DNA of 64,000 nt from Verrucomicrobiota bacterium (GCA_049510395.1 JBEKYY010000001.1:665-64664); one strand, 5' to 3'. Positions 1-9,682 are shown, counted from the first letter of the stretch. Notes: generated by a model from the letters alone, not told the origin. Program-made: numbers and translations.

Positions 1-1518
1 AGGTATCTGGATGCGCAAGCAGGCGAAGGGCAGGATCGCCAAAACCCAGAACGCCAGTATCCGCCAGAAGGGCGGCGACAGCTTCAACGAAGGCCGCGCC
101 GAAGGCAGAAGCAGAATCCAGCCTCCCACCAACGCCAGAAAAATAAACCCCTCGAAATGTGTCATGGCTCCACCAAATAACAGTGTCAGACCCAGCCCAA
201 GCCGGGCGCGGTCTTTTCCCACCAGCCAGAAAGCACATTGCACGAAGCCCAGCACGGTGAAGAAGATCATCGGCAGGGTGCTGCCTTCACACTGAACGTA
301 CTCTTGGGTGGCCGGCAAAAGCAACAAACCCAGGAGAGCGAATGACGCGATATGCCGCCAATTGTTCCCGGCACGGTTCAGGGAGGCTAGGGCGGCCATG
401 AGGAAAAACAGCATCCAGGTGGGCCAGAACTTGGTGACAAACTCATCCACATGACCGAGCGAGTCATACGTGGCCGAATGCAGTGAGGGCACGAGCGTGG
501 GATAGTCCAGATGCGCATATGCCAGACGCGGGTTGGAAAACCATTGCACCATCTCGTTTCCGGTGTAGAGGTGGATTATCTTCGCCTTGAGCATCCACCT
601 CATCGCGTCGCCGTCGACAAGCCCCTGCAGCCCGGCGATGCGGAATAGAATCAGAAATACAAGCAACCCGGTTATCACGAAGATGGCCGTAATGGGACTG
701 CGAACCAGCTTCCAGTAGCTGTCAACAATCTTTGTTAACAGCACCTTGCGGTCGCGCCATATATCCGCAATTGCCCCAACGGCGGTTGCCACGAGAATCA
801 GCACCTGTCCGTGAAAACCGCAGAGCTTGACGCCCAGTGTCAGTGCTGCCACGGCCATCATCCCTAGTCCCAGACCACACGCCAGTTGTTCGAGCAGCGG
901 CATCTGCATATTCAGGGAGGGAAATAAAAAACGGAACAGCCACATCCCCGCCAGGGTGGTCAACAAAGGAAGTAGAAATGCAATGACAAGATCGAAATCG
1001 GAGTCAAACCAATCCGGATTGACCGGGTCTCTGATGGAAAGATTGCGAAGCCCTTTGGAAGTCACAATGTCAGATATAATATCCATTCTTACATCGAATC
1101 CGTTGGTGAGAATTTCCTGATCGGATTCAGATGTCTTGCCAAGAAAGCCGTCCTTGGTTAATCGGGTTATATGATCCAAGCTCGTCCCAACCTCACGGGG
1201 AAAGAGGTAATAGGTCGTCCAAAAATAATACCCAGTCTTGCCGTAGTTGGTGGGGCCGATCATATCCGTCATGAAAATACGCGCATCTTTTGGCAGCACC
1301 AAATCAATGTGTCGATCTCTTCCGGATTCTGAAGTGATTTGGCTGTCTCTTTCCGAAATATCAGAAATCACCGCCAATTGTTCCCCTCGCAGAATAGACC
1401 TCGCCAGGGACGGATACGGGTCCTGCACGTCGTTGTAATGCCGAATCTGCCACGCTATCACAAGGCTGGCAAAAGCCACCAGGGATGCTGCGATGACGGT
1501 TGCCCAACGACTATTCAT
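1..1518 (-). CDS. Polytopic membrane protein, tandem paralog 1 of at least 3 (partial; C-terminus lies beyond the left edge)
   Basis: The frame is open from the ATG (rc of 1516-1518; MNSRWATVIAAS...) down to nt 1. The edge codons read ...PFACLRIQIP, colinear with ...PFVCLRVQIP of the 1672-3762 copy. It is absent from the ORF track only because its stop is outside the window. Confidence 0.8.
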   Translation of the reverse strand, partial: MNSRWATVIAASLVAFASLVIAWQIRHYNDVQDPYPSLARSILRGEQLAVISDISERDSQITSESGRDRHIDLVLPKDARIFMTDMIGPTNYGKTGYYFWTTYYLFPREVGTSLDHITRLTKDGFLGKTSESDQEILTNGFDVRMDIISDIVTSKGLRNLSIRDPVNPDWFDSDFDLVIAFLLPLLTTLAGMWLFRFLFPSLNMQMPLLEQLACGLGLGMMAVAALTLGVKLCGFHGQVLILVATAVGAIADIWRDRKVLLTKIVDSYWKLVRSPITAIFVITGLLVFLILFRIAGLQGLVDGDAMRWMLKAKIIHLYTGNEMVQWFSNPRLAYAHLDYPTLVPSLHSATYDSLGHVDEFVTKFWPTWMLFFLMAALASLNRAGNNWRHIASFALLGLLLLPATQEYVQCEGSTLPMIFFTVLGFVQCAFWLVGKDRARLGLGLTLLFGGAMTHFEGFIFLALVGGWILLLPSARPSLKLSPPFWRILAFWVLAILPFACLRIQIP

Positions 1519-1587
1519 GAAATTCAAAACGCATGCTGATTAAAAGAGTTTTGCGCAGACCGGAGCACTGTAAAGACGAAAAACGCA

Positions 1588-1651
1588 GTAGACGCCGACA
1601 TCCGTCGGCGCAAACTCCTTCTGATGAGCGCGAACTGACGTCCGCGGCTAC
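1588..1651. repeat. Imperfect palindromic spacer element (about 24-nt arms) between the tandem paralogs
   Basis: GTAGACGCCGACATCCGTCGGCGC ... GCGCGAACTGACGTCCGCGGCTAC. The same element recurs exactly 2,244 bp away at 3832-3895. The inner hairpin GCCGAC-n4-GTCGGC could also terminate the upstream minus-strand copy. Confidence 0.7.
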
Positions 1652-1671
1652 AAATCGCCCAGACATCCGCG

Positions 1672-3762
1672 CTATTTTTTCAACGTCTTCAAGCCGGCTT
1701 CCCCACCAACGGGGGAACCGACAGATGCCGGTGGGTAAGGGACAGTCATCCCTGTGCCTGGAGTTGATGCAAACGAAGGCAGGTCCGCAAAAAACATGGT
1801 TAATGTCGTGGCAAACCAGGCAAATAGCACCGGAAGAAGGTATCGTCTGGCGTGATCTTCGGTATAGCCGATCACCAAGACCAGATTGGTGACGTTGAAC
1901 AAGCTGGCAAAAACCATGCTGAACGCGGTCAAGGCCCCGATCAGCATCGCCAGCATCCAGACAACGACCCGGCGCCGGACGGGAAGGGCAAACCAGAGTG
2001 CAACCGTCAGCAACAGGCACAGCCATGCCAAACCAAGTGTCGAATGATTATACAATGATGAAAAGCCATCCCATCGGCCGATCCAGTGGAGCCGTCCGCT
2101 TTCTCCACTCCAGTTTGCGAAGTCAGGGTTCACAAACAATCGGGTGAGCAGAATCATGAAAATCCACGGACAGTTTGAAAGCGTGGTGCCGGGATTGTGC
2201 AGGGCGTAACCCGCCCAACCCGACTCGAAGTGCAAAACAGGTATCTGGACGCGCAAACAGACGAAGGGCAAGGCCGCCAGAAAACAGAACGCCAACATCC
2301 GCCAGAGGCGTGGCGACGGGTTCAATGAGGGTCGGGCCGAAGGCCATAGCAGCCAGCTTCCCACCAGTGCCAGAAATATGAAACCTTCGAACTTTGCCAT
2401 GGCTCCCCCAAACAACAATGTCAGCCCGAGGCCGAGCCGGGCGCGGTCTTTTCCCACCAGCCAGAAAGCGCATTGCACGAAACCCATGACGGTGAACAAA
2501 ATCATTGGCAGGGTGCCGCCTTCGTATTGGACATATTTCTGAGTGTCCGGCAATAACAGCAGACCCAGGAGGGCGAAATTCGGAGCGTGAAACAGTCTTT
2601 TTCCGCCCTGATTCATTGAGGCCAGTGCGGCCAGGAGAAATAACAGCATCCAAGTGGGCCAGAACTTGGTGACAAACTCATCCACATGCCCGAGCGAGTC
2701 AAACGTGGCCGCATGCAGCGAAGGCACGAGCGTCGGATAGTCGAGATGCGCATGCGCCAGACGCGGATTGGAAAACCATTGCACTATCTCGTTTCCGGTG
2801 TAGAGGTGGATGATCTTTGCCTTGAGCATCCACGCCATGACCGAGTCGTATTCGACAATCCCCTGCAACCCGGCCAGACGGAAGAGAATCAGGAACACCA
2901 GCAATCCAGCCACAAAAAGCGCAACGGCAACGGGACTGCGAACCATCCTCCAGTAACCGGCAACAATCCCGGTCAAATAGGCTTTGCGATTGCGCCACAT
3001 TTCCGCAATTGCCCCAACGGCAGTTGCCATGAGAATCAGCCCCCGCCCGTGGAAACCGCAGAGCTTGACGCCCAGTGTCACCGCTGCCACCGCCATCATT
3101 CCCAAGCCCAGACCATACGCCAGTTGTTCCAGCAGCGGCATCCGCTCGCTCAGAGTGGAAAACAAGAAACGAAACAGCCACAGCCCCGCCAACGCCGTCA
3201 ACAAGGGAAGTAGAATAGCAATGACCAGATCGAAATCGGAGTCAAACCAATCCGGATTGACCGGGTCTCTGAGGGAAAGATCGTGAAGCGATCTGGCAGT
3301 CACAGCGTCAGATGTAATATTCATTCTTACATCGAATCCGTTGGAAAGAATTTCCTGATCGGACTCAGATGTCTTGCCGAGAAAGCCGTCCTTGGTTAAT
3401 CGGGTGATATGATCCAGGCTCGTCCCAATCTCCCGGGGAAAGAAGTGATAGGTCGCCCAATAATAATATCCCATCCTGCTCAAGTTGGTGGGTCCGGTCA
3501 TGTCCGTCATGAAAATACGCGCATCTTTTGGCAGCACTAAATCAATGTGTCGATCTGCTCCGGAAGCTGAACTGATTTTATTGTCTCTTTCCGAAATATC
3601 AGAAATCTTCGCCAATTGTCTTCCTCGGATGTAGGACTGGGCGACGGATGACAATGGTCCCTCTGATCCTTTTCCGTTATAGTGTTGAAACTGCCACGCT
3701 ATCACGAGGCTGGTAAAAGCCACCAGGGATGCCGCAACAATGGCTGCCCAACGGCTATTCAT
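1672..3762 (-). CDS. Polytopic membrane protein, tandem paralog 2 (about 696 aa); family not recognised
   Basis: The ORF track gives 1672-3771 with a TTG start. I prefer the ATG at 3762 because the MNSRW start is shared by all three copies. The protein has an N-terminal TM helix, a non-membrane stretch of about 150 aa, then many hydrophobic helices. Confidence 0.8.
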   Translation of the reverse strand: MNSRWAAIVAASLVAFTSLVIAWQFQHYNGKGSEGPLSSVAQSYIRGRQLAKISDISERDNKISSASGADRHIDLVLPKDARIFMTDMTGPTNLSRMGYYYWATYHFFPREIGTSLDHITRLTKDGFLGKTSESDQEILSNGFDVRMNITSDAVTARSLHDLSLRDPVNPDWFDSDFDLVIAILLPLLTALAGLWLFRFLFSTLSERMPLLEQLAYGLGLGMMAVAAVTLGVKLCGFHGRGLILMATAVGAIAEMWRNRKAYLTGIVAGYWRMVRSPVAVALFVAGLLVFLILFRLAGLQGIVEYDSVMAWMLKAKIIHLYTGNEIVQWFSNPRLAHAHLDYPTLVPSLHAATFDSLGHVDEFVTKFWPTWMLLFLLAALASMNQGGKRLFHAPNFALLGLLLLPDTQKYVQYEGGTLPMILFTVMGFVQCAFWLVGKDRARLGLGLTLLFGGAMAKFEGFIFLALVGSWLLWPSARPSLNPSPRLWRMLAFCFLAALPFVCLRVQIPVLHFESGWAGYALHNPGTTLSNCPWIFMILLTRLFVNPDFANWSGESGRLHWIGRWDGFSSLYNHSTLGLAWLCLLLTVALWFALPVRRRVVVWMLAMLIGALTAFSMVFASLFNVTNLVLVIGYTEDHARRYLLPVLFAWFATTLTMFFADLPSFASTPGTGMTVPYPPASVGSPVGGEAGLKTLKK

Positions 3763-3831
3763 GGAATCCAAAACGCATGCTGATTAAAAGAGTTTTGCGC
3801 AGACCGGAGCACTGTAAAGACGAAAAACGTA

Positions 3832-3895
3832 GTAGCCGCCGACATCAGTCGGCGCAAACTCCTTCTGATGAGCGCAGACTGACGTCCGCGGCTAC
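3832..3895. repeat. Second copy of the palindromic spacer element
   Basis: GTAGCCGCCGACATCAGTCGGCGC ... GCGCAGACTGACGTCCGCGGCTAC, colinear with 1588-1651. Confidence 0.7.
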
Positions 3896-3915
3896 AACTC
3901 GCCCGGACATCCGCG

Positions 3916-6006
3916 CTATTTTTTCAACGTCTCTAGGCCGGCTTCCCCACCAACGGGAGAACCGACAGATGCCGGTGGGTAAGGGACAGCCGTCCCTGTG
4001 CCTGGAGTTGATGCAAACGAAGGCAGATCTGCAAAAAACATGGTTAATGTCGTGGCGAACCAGGCCAACAGCACTGGAAGAAGATATCGTCCGGCAATGT
4101 GATCCTTGGTATAACCGATCACCAAGACCAGATTGGTGACGTTGAACAAGCTGGCAAAAACCACGCTGAACGCGGCCAAGGCGCCGATCAGCATCGCGAG
4201 GATCCAGACAATGACCCGGCGCCGGGTGGGAATGGCAAACCAAAGCGCCACCGTCAGCAACAGGCACAACCATGCCAGTCCGAGTGTCGAAGGATTATAC
4301 AACGATGAAAAGCCATCCCATCGGCCGACCCAGTGAAGTTGTCCGCCTTCATCACTCCAGTTTGCGAAGTCAGAGCTTACAAACAATCGGGCGAGCAGAA
4401 TCATGAAAATCCACGGACAGTTTGAAAGCGTGGTGCCGGGATTGTGCAGGGCGTAACCCGCCCAGCCCGACTCGAAGTGCAAAACAGGTATCCGGACGCG
4501 CAAACAGACGAAGGGCAAGGCCGCCAGAAAACAGAACACCAACATCCGCCAGACGCATGGTGACGGTTTCAATGAGGGCCGGGCCGAAGGCAGCAGCAGC
4601 CAGCTTCCCAGCAGTGCCAGAAATATGAAGCCCTCAAACTTTGACATGGCCGCCCCAAACAAAAGCGTCAGCCCAAGACCGAGCCGGGCGCGGTCTTTTC
4701 CCACCAGCCAGAAAGCGCATTGCACGAAACCCATGACGGTGAAAAAAATCATTGGCAAGGTGCCGCCTTCGTATTGGACATATTTCTGGGTGTCCGGCAA
4801 TAACAGCAGACCCAGGAGGGCGAAATGCGGGGCATGGAACCAGCTTTTTCCGGCACGGTTCAGCGAGGCCAGGGCGACCAGAAGAAACAGTAGTATCCAG
4901 GTGGGCCAGAACTTGGTCACAAATTCATCCACATGCCCGAGCGAGTCAAACGTGGCTGCATGCAGCGAAGGCACGAGCGTCGGATAATCCAGATGCGCAT
5001 GCGCCAGGCGCGGGTTGGAAAACCATTGCACCATCTCGCTCCCGGTGTAGAGGTGGATTATCTTCGCCTTGAGCAACCACGCCATGACCGAGTCGTAATC
5101 TACAATCCCCTGCAACCCGGCCAGACGGAAGAGAATCAAAAATACCAGCAATCCAGCCACAAAAAGCGCAATGGCGACAGGGCGGCGAATTATCCTCCAG
5201 TAACCGGCAACAATCCCAGTCAAATAGGCTTTGCGGTTGCGCCACATTTCCGCGATGCCGCCCAGTGCGGTTACAGAGAGAATCAAGCCTCGCCCTGAAA
5301 AACCATACAATTTGACGCCCAGTGTCAGTGCTGCCACGGCCATCATTCCCAGACCCAGACCATACGCCAGTTGTTCCACCAGCGGCATCCGCCCGCCCAA
5401 GGTGGGGAACAAAAAGCGGAACAGCCACATCCCCGCCAAGGTTGTCAGCAAAGGAAGCAGGAACGCGATAATCAGGTCAAAATAGGAGTCAAACCAATCC
5501 GGGTTGGCTGGTTCTTTGACGGCAAAATTTCTGAGCGCTGTCACTCGCAAAACTTCATCAGGGCTGATATCTACTCTTACATCGAATCCGTTGGTGAGAA
5601 TTTCCTGATCGGACTCGGATGTCCTGCCGAGAAAGCCATCCTTGGTTAATCGGGTTATATGATCCAGGCTCGTTCCCACCTCACGCGGAAACAAGTAATA
5701 GGTCGTGTAATAATAATACATAATCCGGCTGTAATTGGTAGGGCCAGTCATGTCCGTCATGAAAATACGCACATCTTTTGGCAGCATTAAATCGATGCGT
5801 CGATCTGCTTCAGAAGCTGAAATCCTTTCGCCGTCTCTATCCAAAATACCAGAAATCTTCGCCAATTGTTTCCCTCGAAGAATGGACTGCGCCAGGGACG
5901 GATATGGCTCCCGCACATCATCGTAATGCCTAAACTGCCACGCTATCACAAGGCTGGCAAAAGCCACCAGGGATGCTGCGACGATGGCTGACCAACGACT
6001 ATTCAT
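3916..6006 (-). CDS. Polytopic membrane protein, tandem paralog 3 (about 696 aa)
   Basis: The ORF track gives 3916-6015 with a TTG start; the ATG is at 6006. The C-terminal two thirds are near-identical to paralog 2. Confidence 0.8.
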   Translation of the reverse strand: MNSRWSAIVAASLVAFASLVIAWQFRHYDDVREPYPSLAQSILRGKQLAKISGILDRDGERISASEADRRIDLMLPKDVRIFMTDMTGPTNYSRIMYYYYTTYYLFPREVGTSLDHITRLTKDGFLGRTSESDQEILTNGFDVRVDISPDEVLRVTALRNFAVKEPANPDWFDSYFDLIIAFLLPLLTTLAGMWLFRFLFPTLGGRMPLVEQLAYGLGLGMMAVAALTLGVKLYGFSGRGLILSVTALGGIAEMWRNRKAYLTGIVAGYWRIIRRPVAIALFVAGLLVFLILFRLAGLQGIVDYDSVMAWLLKAKIIHLYTGSEMVQWFSNPRLAHAHLDYPTLVPSLHAATFDSLGHVDEFVTKFWPTWILLFLLVALASLNRAGKSWFHAPHFALLGLLLLPDTQKYVQYEGGTLPMIFFTVMGFVQCAFWLVGKDRARLGLGLTLLFGAAMSKFEGFIFLALLGSWLLLPSARPSLKPSPCVWRMLVFCFLAALPFVCLRVRIPVLHFESGWAGYALHNPGTTLSNCPWIFMILLARLFVSSDFANWSDEGGQLHWVGRWDGFSSLYNPSTLGLAWLCLLLTVALWFAIPTRRRVIVWILAMLIGALAAFSVVFASLFNVTNLVLVIGYTKDHIAGRYLLPVLLAWFATTLTMFFADLPSFASTPGTGTAVPYPPASVGSPVGGEAGLETLKK

Positions 6007-6083
6007 GGAATTCAAAACGCATGCTATATTATCGGAAAATGGTATCAGCCAGGGACTCGCGGAGCTCGTCCCTCCGAAATAAT

Positions 6084-7565
6084 TTAACCGCCAAGCGAAC
6101 CCGGATCGCCCACGTCGCCCTTGTTGAAATCCACGTATGCTTCCGTCAAATCGGCGGCGTAAATCACCGCGCTGGCCACGCCGAGATTCAGGTTGATATG
6201 CAGATCAAATTCCTTCGGCGCAACGACGGCACAAAGTTGTTTGAACGTCGCTCTCGTTGGCTGGCCATGTTTGAGGCCCCAAAGAATTTTCCCCCTGCCG
6301 CCTCGTCGCGCCGAAGCATCGGACGCGAAGGCGGAGTTGTAACCGATGTCCACCTTTTCCTCGACGATTTTCGCCGGCGAATAACCAAGCGCGTCAATGA
6401 TGCGGCCCCAGTTCGGGTCGCCGCCATGCCAGCTGGTTTTAACCAGCGGACTGTTGGCGACCGCGCGCGCCGCGGCATCGGCGTCCGCCGCCGTCTTTGC
6501 CCCGTACACGCGCACCGTCACGACGCGATGCACGCCCTCACCATCACGCACGATCATTTTGGCAAGTTCCAGGCAGACGTGATTGAGAGCCGCCTTGAAA
6601 ATTTTGAAATCATGGTGGGGCGAGACCCCGTTGAACCCCGACGTTTTGATTTTAGGACTCGAGAGGACTCTCGCCCCACCTTTCAAAATCGGATTTCCTG
6701 CCAAACCATTCGCCAAAACCAAAACCGTATCATTCGTGCTCATATCGCCATCCACGGTGATGCGATTGAAACTTTGCGCAACAGCCTCCTGCAAGGCGGC
6801 TTGAAGCACTCCGGCTTCAACCGCAACATCCGTTGTAATGAAACAAAGCATCGTCGCGTGCAGCGGCAGCGCAGCGGGCCGCTGGCCGTTGGTGCTCATG
6901 CCGGGCTGAATCATGCCCGCGCCCTTGCAAATGCCGCCCATGCGGACGGTCTTACCGCCCAGTTTGAACTCAACCGCGATTTGCTTGGGCCGCGTGTCGC
7001 TGGTCATGATGGCTTCGACGGCGTGGACCGCGTGACGCGATGAATTTCCAAGCAGCTTTGCGGCCTCCAGAATTCCGCGTTTGACGTTTCCCATCGGCAG
7101 CGTGACGCCGATACGTCCAGTTGAAGCAACCAAGACGTGTTCCGCGGGAATCTTTGGGAGGAACAGCGTGCCGCTGTCCCTGATTTTGGGGACGGCAACA
7201 TGCCGTCCCTCCCAGGGAATTGCCTTTGCGGCGATTCCCGTCATTTTGCGCGCGTCCTTCAATCCTTGTTTGCCGGTGCAGGCGTTGGCGTTGCTGGAAT
7301 TGACGACGATGGCCCGGGCGGTTCCTTTCCTGACGCGCTCAACACAAACCTTCACCGGCGCGGCGCAGACCTGATTCGTCGTGAACATGCCGGCAACCGT
7401 CGCCGGCGCCTCGGACACAATCAGCGCGAGATCGCGTTTTTGCCCCTTGTTCGAGCCTTTGCCGGTGCCGAGGCGTTTGATGTCGCAAAATACGCCACTG
7501 GCGAGGAAGCCTTTGGGCGCGATGACGGAACCTAAAATTGTTTTGAACTGCGTTTTCATTTTCAA
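6084..7565 (-). CDS. argJ: Bifunctional ornithine acetyltransferase / N-acetylglutamate synthase (ArgJ), with two in-frame repeat-derived inserts
   Basis: ArgJ-type sequence with the self-cleavage motif HATML/CFITTD, VASTGRIG and IVRDGEG. It is 493 aa, against roughly 400-410 aa as I recall for the family. Confidence 0.9.
   Translation of the reverse strand: MKMKTQFKTILGSVIAPKGFLASGVFCDIKRLGTGKGSNKGQKRDLALIVSEAPATVAGMFTTNQVCAAPVKVCVERVRKGTARAIVVNSSNANACTGKQGLKDARKMTGIAAKAIPWEGRHVAVPKIRDSGTLFLPKIPAEHVLVASTGRIGVTLPMGNVKRGILEAAKLLGNSSRHAVHAVEAIMTSDTRPKQIAVEFKLGGKTVRMGGICKGAGMIQPGMSTNGQRPAALPLHATMLCFITTDVAVEAGVLQAALQEAVAQSFNRITVDGDMSTNDTVLVLANGLAGNPILKGGARVLSSPKIKTSGFNGVSPHHDFKIFKAALNHVCLELAKMIVRDGEGVHRVVTVRVYGAKTAADADAAARAVANSPLVKTSWHGGDPNWGRIIDALGYSPAKIVEEKVDIGYNSAFASDASARRGGRGKILWGLKHGQPTRATFKQLCAVVAPKEFDLHINLNLGVASAVIYAADLTEAYVDFNKGDVGDPGSLGG
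6614..6680. repeat. Palindromic element, GGTGGGGCGAG family, inside argJ
   Basis: Arms are GGTGGGGCGAGA... and ...TCTCGCCCCACC, with extra flanking inverted ATTTTGAAA/TTTCAAAAT. It is translated in frame as GGARVLSSPKIKTSGFNGVSPHH. Confidence 0.85.
7156..7213. repeat. Palindromic element, GGGAGGGACGGC family, inside argJ
   Basis: GGGAGGAACAGCGTGCCGCTGTCCC tgatttt GGGGACGGCAACATGCCGTCCCTCCC. It is translated in frame as PWEGRHVAVPKIRDSGTLFLPK. Confidence 0.85.
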
Positions 7566-7716
7566 AGATTGATTGAACCACGAAACACACGAAATGACAC
7601 GAAAAACAGACAGTTCAGAGCGCGCAAAATTCAGTGTAGCGTCGAGCCTGTGGCTCGATTTTATTGGCGCACAGCGCCGACACTACAACCTTTCGTGTGG
7701 TTCGTGTATTTCGTGG

Positions 7717-8526
7717 TTACATTTTCACCGCGTCAATTTCCAGCCGCACCATGCGGACATGGATGCGCCCGGCGTCATCCGGCGGATGTTTGGCCACATA
7801 ACGGTCCGTGACGGCGCCGATGAATTCCTCTCGCAAATTTTCCGGCACGCGCTGGGTGTAAGGCAGCCAGGTGGTGCGAAACCATGCCGCAAAGCGGTCG
7901 CGCCCGTCGTAAACCGCGTCCTTGGGCGACAGCCTGACGCCGCGCGATTTGAAGCCGAACCGCGGCAGCCATTTTTCGTAATCCGCCGGGCTGTAAAAAA
8001 AATACGGCGCTTCAAGCCGGCGGAAGAATTCGCGCCAGCGTTTAAGCCGCATCTCGGAGCGCAACGCAACAAACACGTCGTGCGCGTTGCCTTTGCCGCC
8101 GCAGGAAACGATGAGACGCCCACCCGGACGCAAAACCGAGGCTGCACCCCGCAAAAATGCCCGGTGATCGTCCATCCAGTGCAACGCCGCGTTGGAAAAA
8201 ATGATGTCGAACTTTTGGGCGAACCGGACCTGGCGCGCGTCCATGACCTGAAATCCCAGATTGGGAATGGCGCCCGGCGGGAATGTTTTTCGCGCAAAAT
8301 CAATCATTTGCGGCGAAGCATCAACGCCGGTGACCGAACCGCGCGGCACGGCCCGCGCGATTTCCGCCGTCACCTTGCCGTCGCCGCAGCCGACATCGAG
8401 AACACGCTCATCGCCGTGCAGACCAAGTTGCGCGATGAGTTCGCGCGCCCAGGTTTGTTGCACGGTGGAATTCGCGGCGTAATCAGCCGCGTTCCACTCG
8501 GCGGTTGGCGAAACAGGTTTGGACAT
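7717..8526 (-). CDS. Class I SAM-dependent methyltransferase (trans-aconitate methyltransferase-like)
   Basis: Motif I is VLDVGCGDG, and IIFSNAALHW follows further downstream. 269 aa. Confidence 0.75.
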   Translation of the reverse strand: MSKPVSPTAEWNAADYAANSTVQQTWARELIAQLGLHGDERVLDVGCGDGKVTAEIARAVPRGSVTGVDASPQMIDFARKTFPPGAIPNLGFQVMDARQVRFAQKFDIIFSNAALHWMDDHRAFLRGAASVLRPGGRLIVSCGGKGNAHDVFVALRSEMRLKRWREFFRRLEAPYFFYSPADYEKWLPRFGFKSRGVRLSPKDAVYDGRDRFAAWFRTTWLPYTQRVPENLREEFIGAVTDRYVAKHPPDDAGRIHVRMVRLEIDAVKM

Positions 8527-8605
8527 TGGTAAACTTCATCCACGATAGCGACGAGCTGCTGTTCGTCCCAAATTGGAGCCGCGCAGCAACGCGGCCCTAC
8601 CAGAT

Positions 8606-9667
8606 TCAAACCAATCCCGCCGTTTCCGGAAAACCGCAGACCAGATTCATGCTTTGGATGGCCTGGCCGCTCGCGCCCTTGATCAGATTGTCCTCGGCGC
8701 TCATCACGATGAGCCGGCCCGTGCGCGGATCGAGCCGCCACGCGATTTCGATGACGTTGGTGCCGGCGACATTTTTGGTGTCGGGCAGCGCCTTGCCTTC
8801 GAGCAAATGCACGAACGGTTCGCCGCCGTAAGCCTCCGTGTAACACGCCAAAATCCTTTCGTTCAGCGCACTCATTTCCGCCGCAGTGGAAAAGGGCTTT
8901 TCCGGCGTGAGATAGAGTGTCGTCAAAATGCCCCGGTTCACCGGGATTACATGCGGCGTGAACTGGATAATGACCTTGGTTCCGGCGGCGAGTGAAAGTT
9001 GTTCCTCGATTTCCGACAAATGCCGGTGCTTGGGCAGGCCGTAAGGCCGCGCACTTTCGTTGCATTCGCAAAACAGGTAATCCAGCTCGGCCTTGCGGCC
9101 CGCACCGCTCACGCCGCTCAATGAGTCGGCGATGATGCCGGCCGGCTTGATCAACTCCGCCTGCAGCAACGGCATCGCCGGCAGCAGAATGCTCGTCGGG
9201 TAACAGCCCGGTGATGCAATGAGCAATGATTTCTTGATTTCCTCGCGGTAGATTTCCGGCAAACCATAAACCGATTTCCCCAGCAAATCCGGCGCGGGAT
9301 GGTCGTGCGCGTAAAATTCGCGGTAAACCCCGGCACTCTTGAGCCGGAAATCGGCGCTGAGGTCAATCACGATGCAGCCCGCATTGAGCAGCGGCACGGC
9401 AAATTCGGCGGCGACGCCATGCGGCAACGCGAGAAACACCACGTCGGCCTGCTTCGCGAGCAGCCCGGCGTTCGGCTGGGTGAAACACAACGTTTTTGCG
9501 TGCGAGTGGCTCGCAAATTTGGGGAACACCTGCGCGAGCGTTTGCCCGGAGTTTTGGCGCGAGGTCGCGGCCACCAATTCCACGTGGGGATGGTTCAGCA
9601 GCAACCGGACGAGTTCCTCGCCGGAGTAACCGGACGCGCCGATGATGGCGACTCTCTTTAAGTTCAT
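8606..9667 (-). CDS. argC: N-acetyl-gamma-glutamyl-phosphate reductase
   Basis: It has the N-terminal Rossmann motif IIGASGYSG and the active-site segment ASPGCYPTS. 353 aa. Confidence 0.9.
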   Translation of the reverse strand: MNLKRVAIIGASGYSGEELVRLLLNHPHVELVAATSRQNSGQTLAQVFPKFASHSHAKTLCFTQPNAGLLAKQADVVFLALPHGVAAEFAVPLLNAGCIVIDLSADFRLKSAGVYREFYAHDHPAPDLLGKSVYGLPEIYREEIKKSLLIASPGCYPTSILLPAMPLLQAELIKPAGIIADSLSGVSGAGRKAELDYLFCECNESARPYGLPKHRHLSEIEEQLSLAAGTKVIIQFTPHVIPVNRGILTTLYLTPEKPFSTAAEMSALNERILACYTEAYGGEPFVHLLEGKALPDTKNVAGTNVIEIAWRLDPRTGRLIVMSAEDNLIKGASGQAIQSMNLVCGFPETAGLV

Positions 9668-9682
9668 ATTTCAAATCTTACC

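Noticed and set aside
5973-7043. Long plus-strand ORF (356 aa) opposite argJ. Similar long antisense ORFs occur at 7573-8532, 11599-12894, 20121-21200, 28528-29847, 42534-43757, 53172-54401 and 56343-57488.
   Set aside because: Each lies antisense to a gene with clear family motifs. Their translations are Arg/Gly/Ala/His-rich, low-complexity sequence typical of shadow ORFs in GC-rich DNA, and none shows a recognisable motif.
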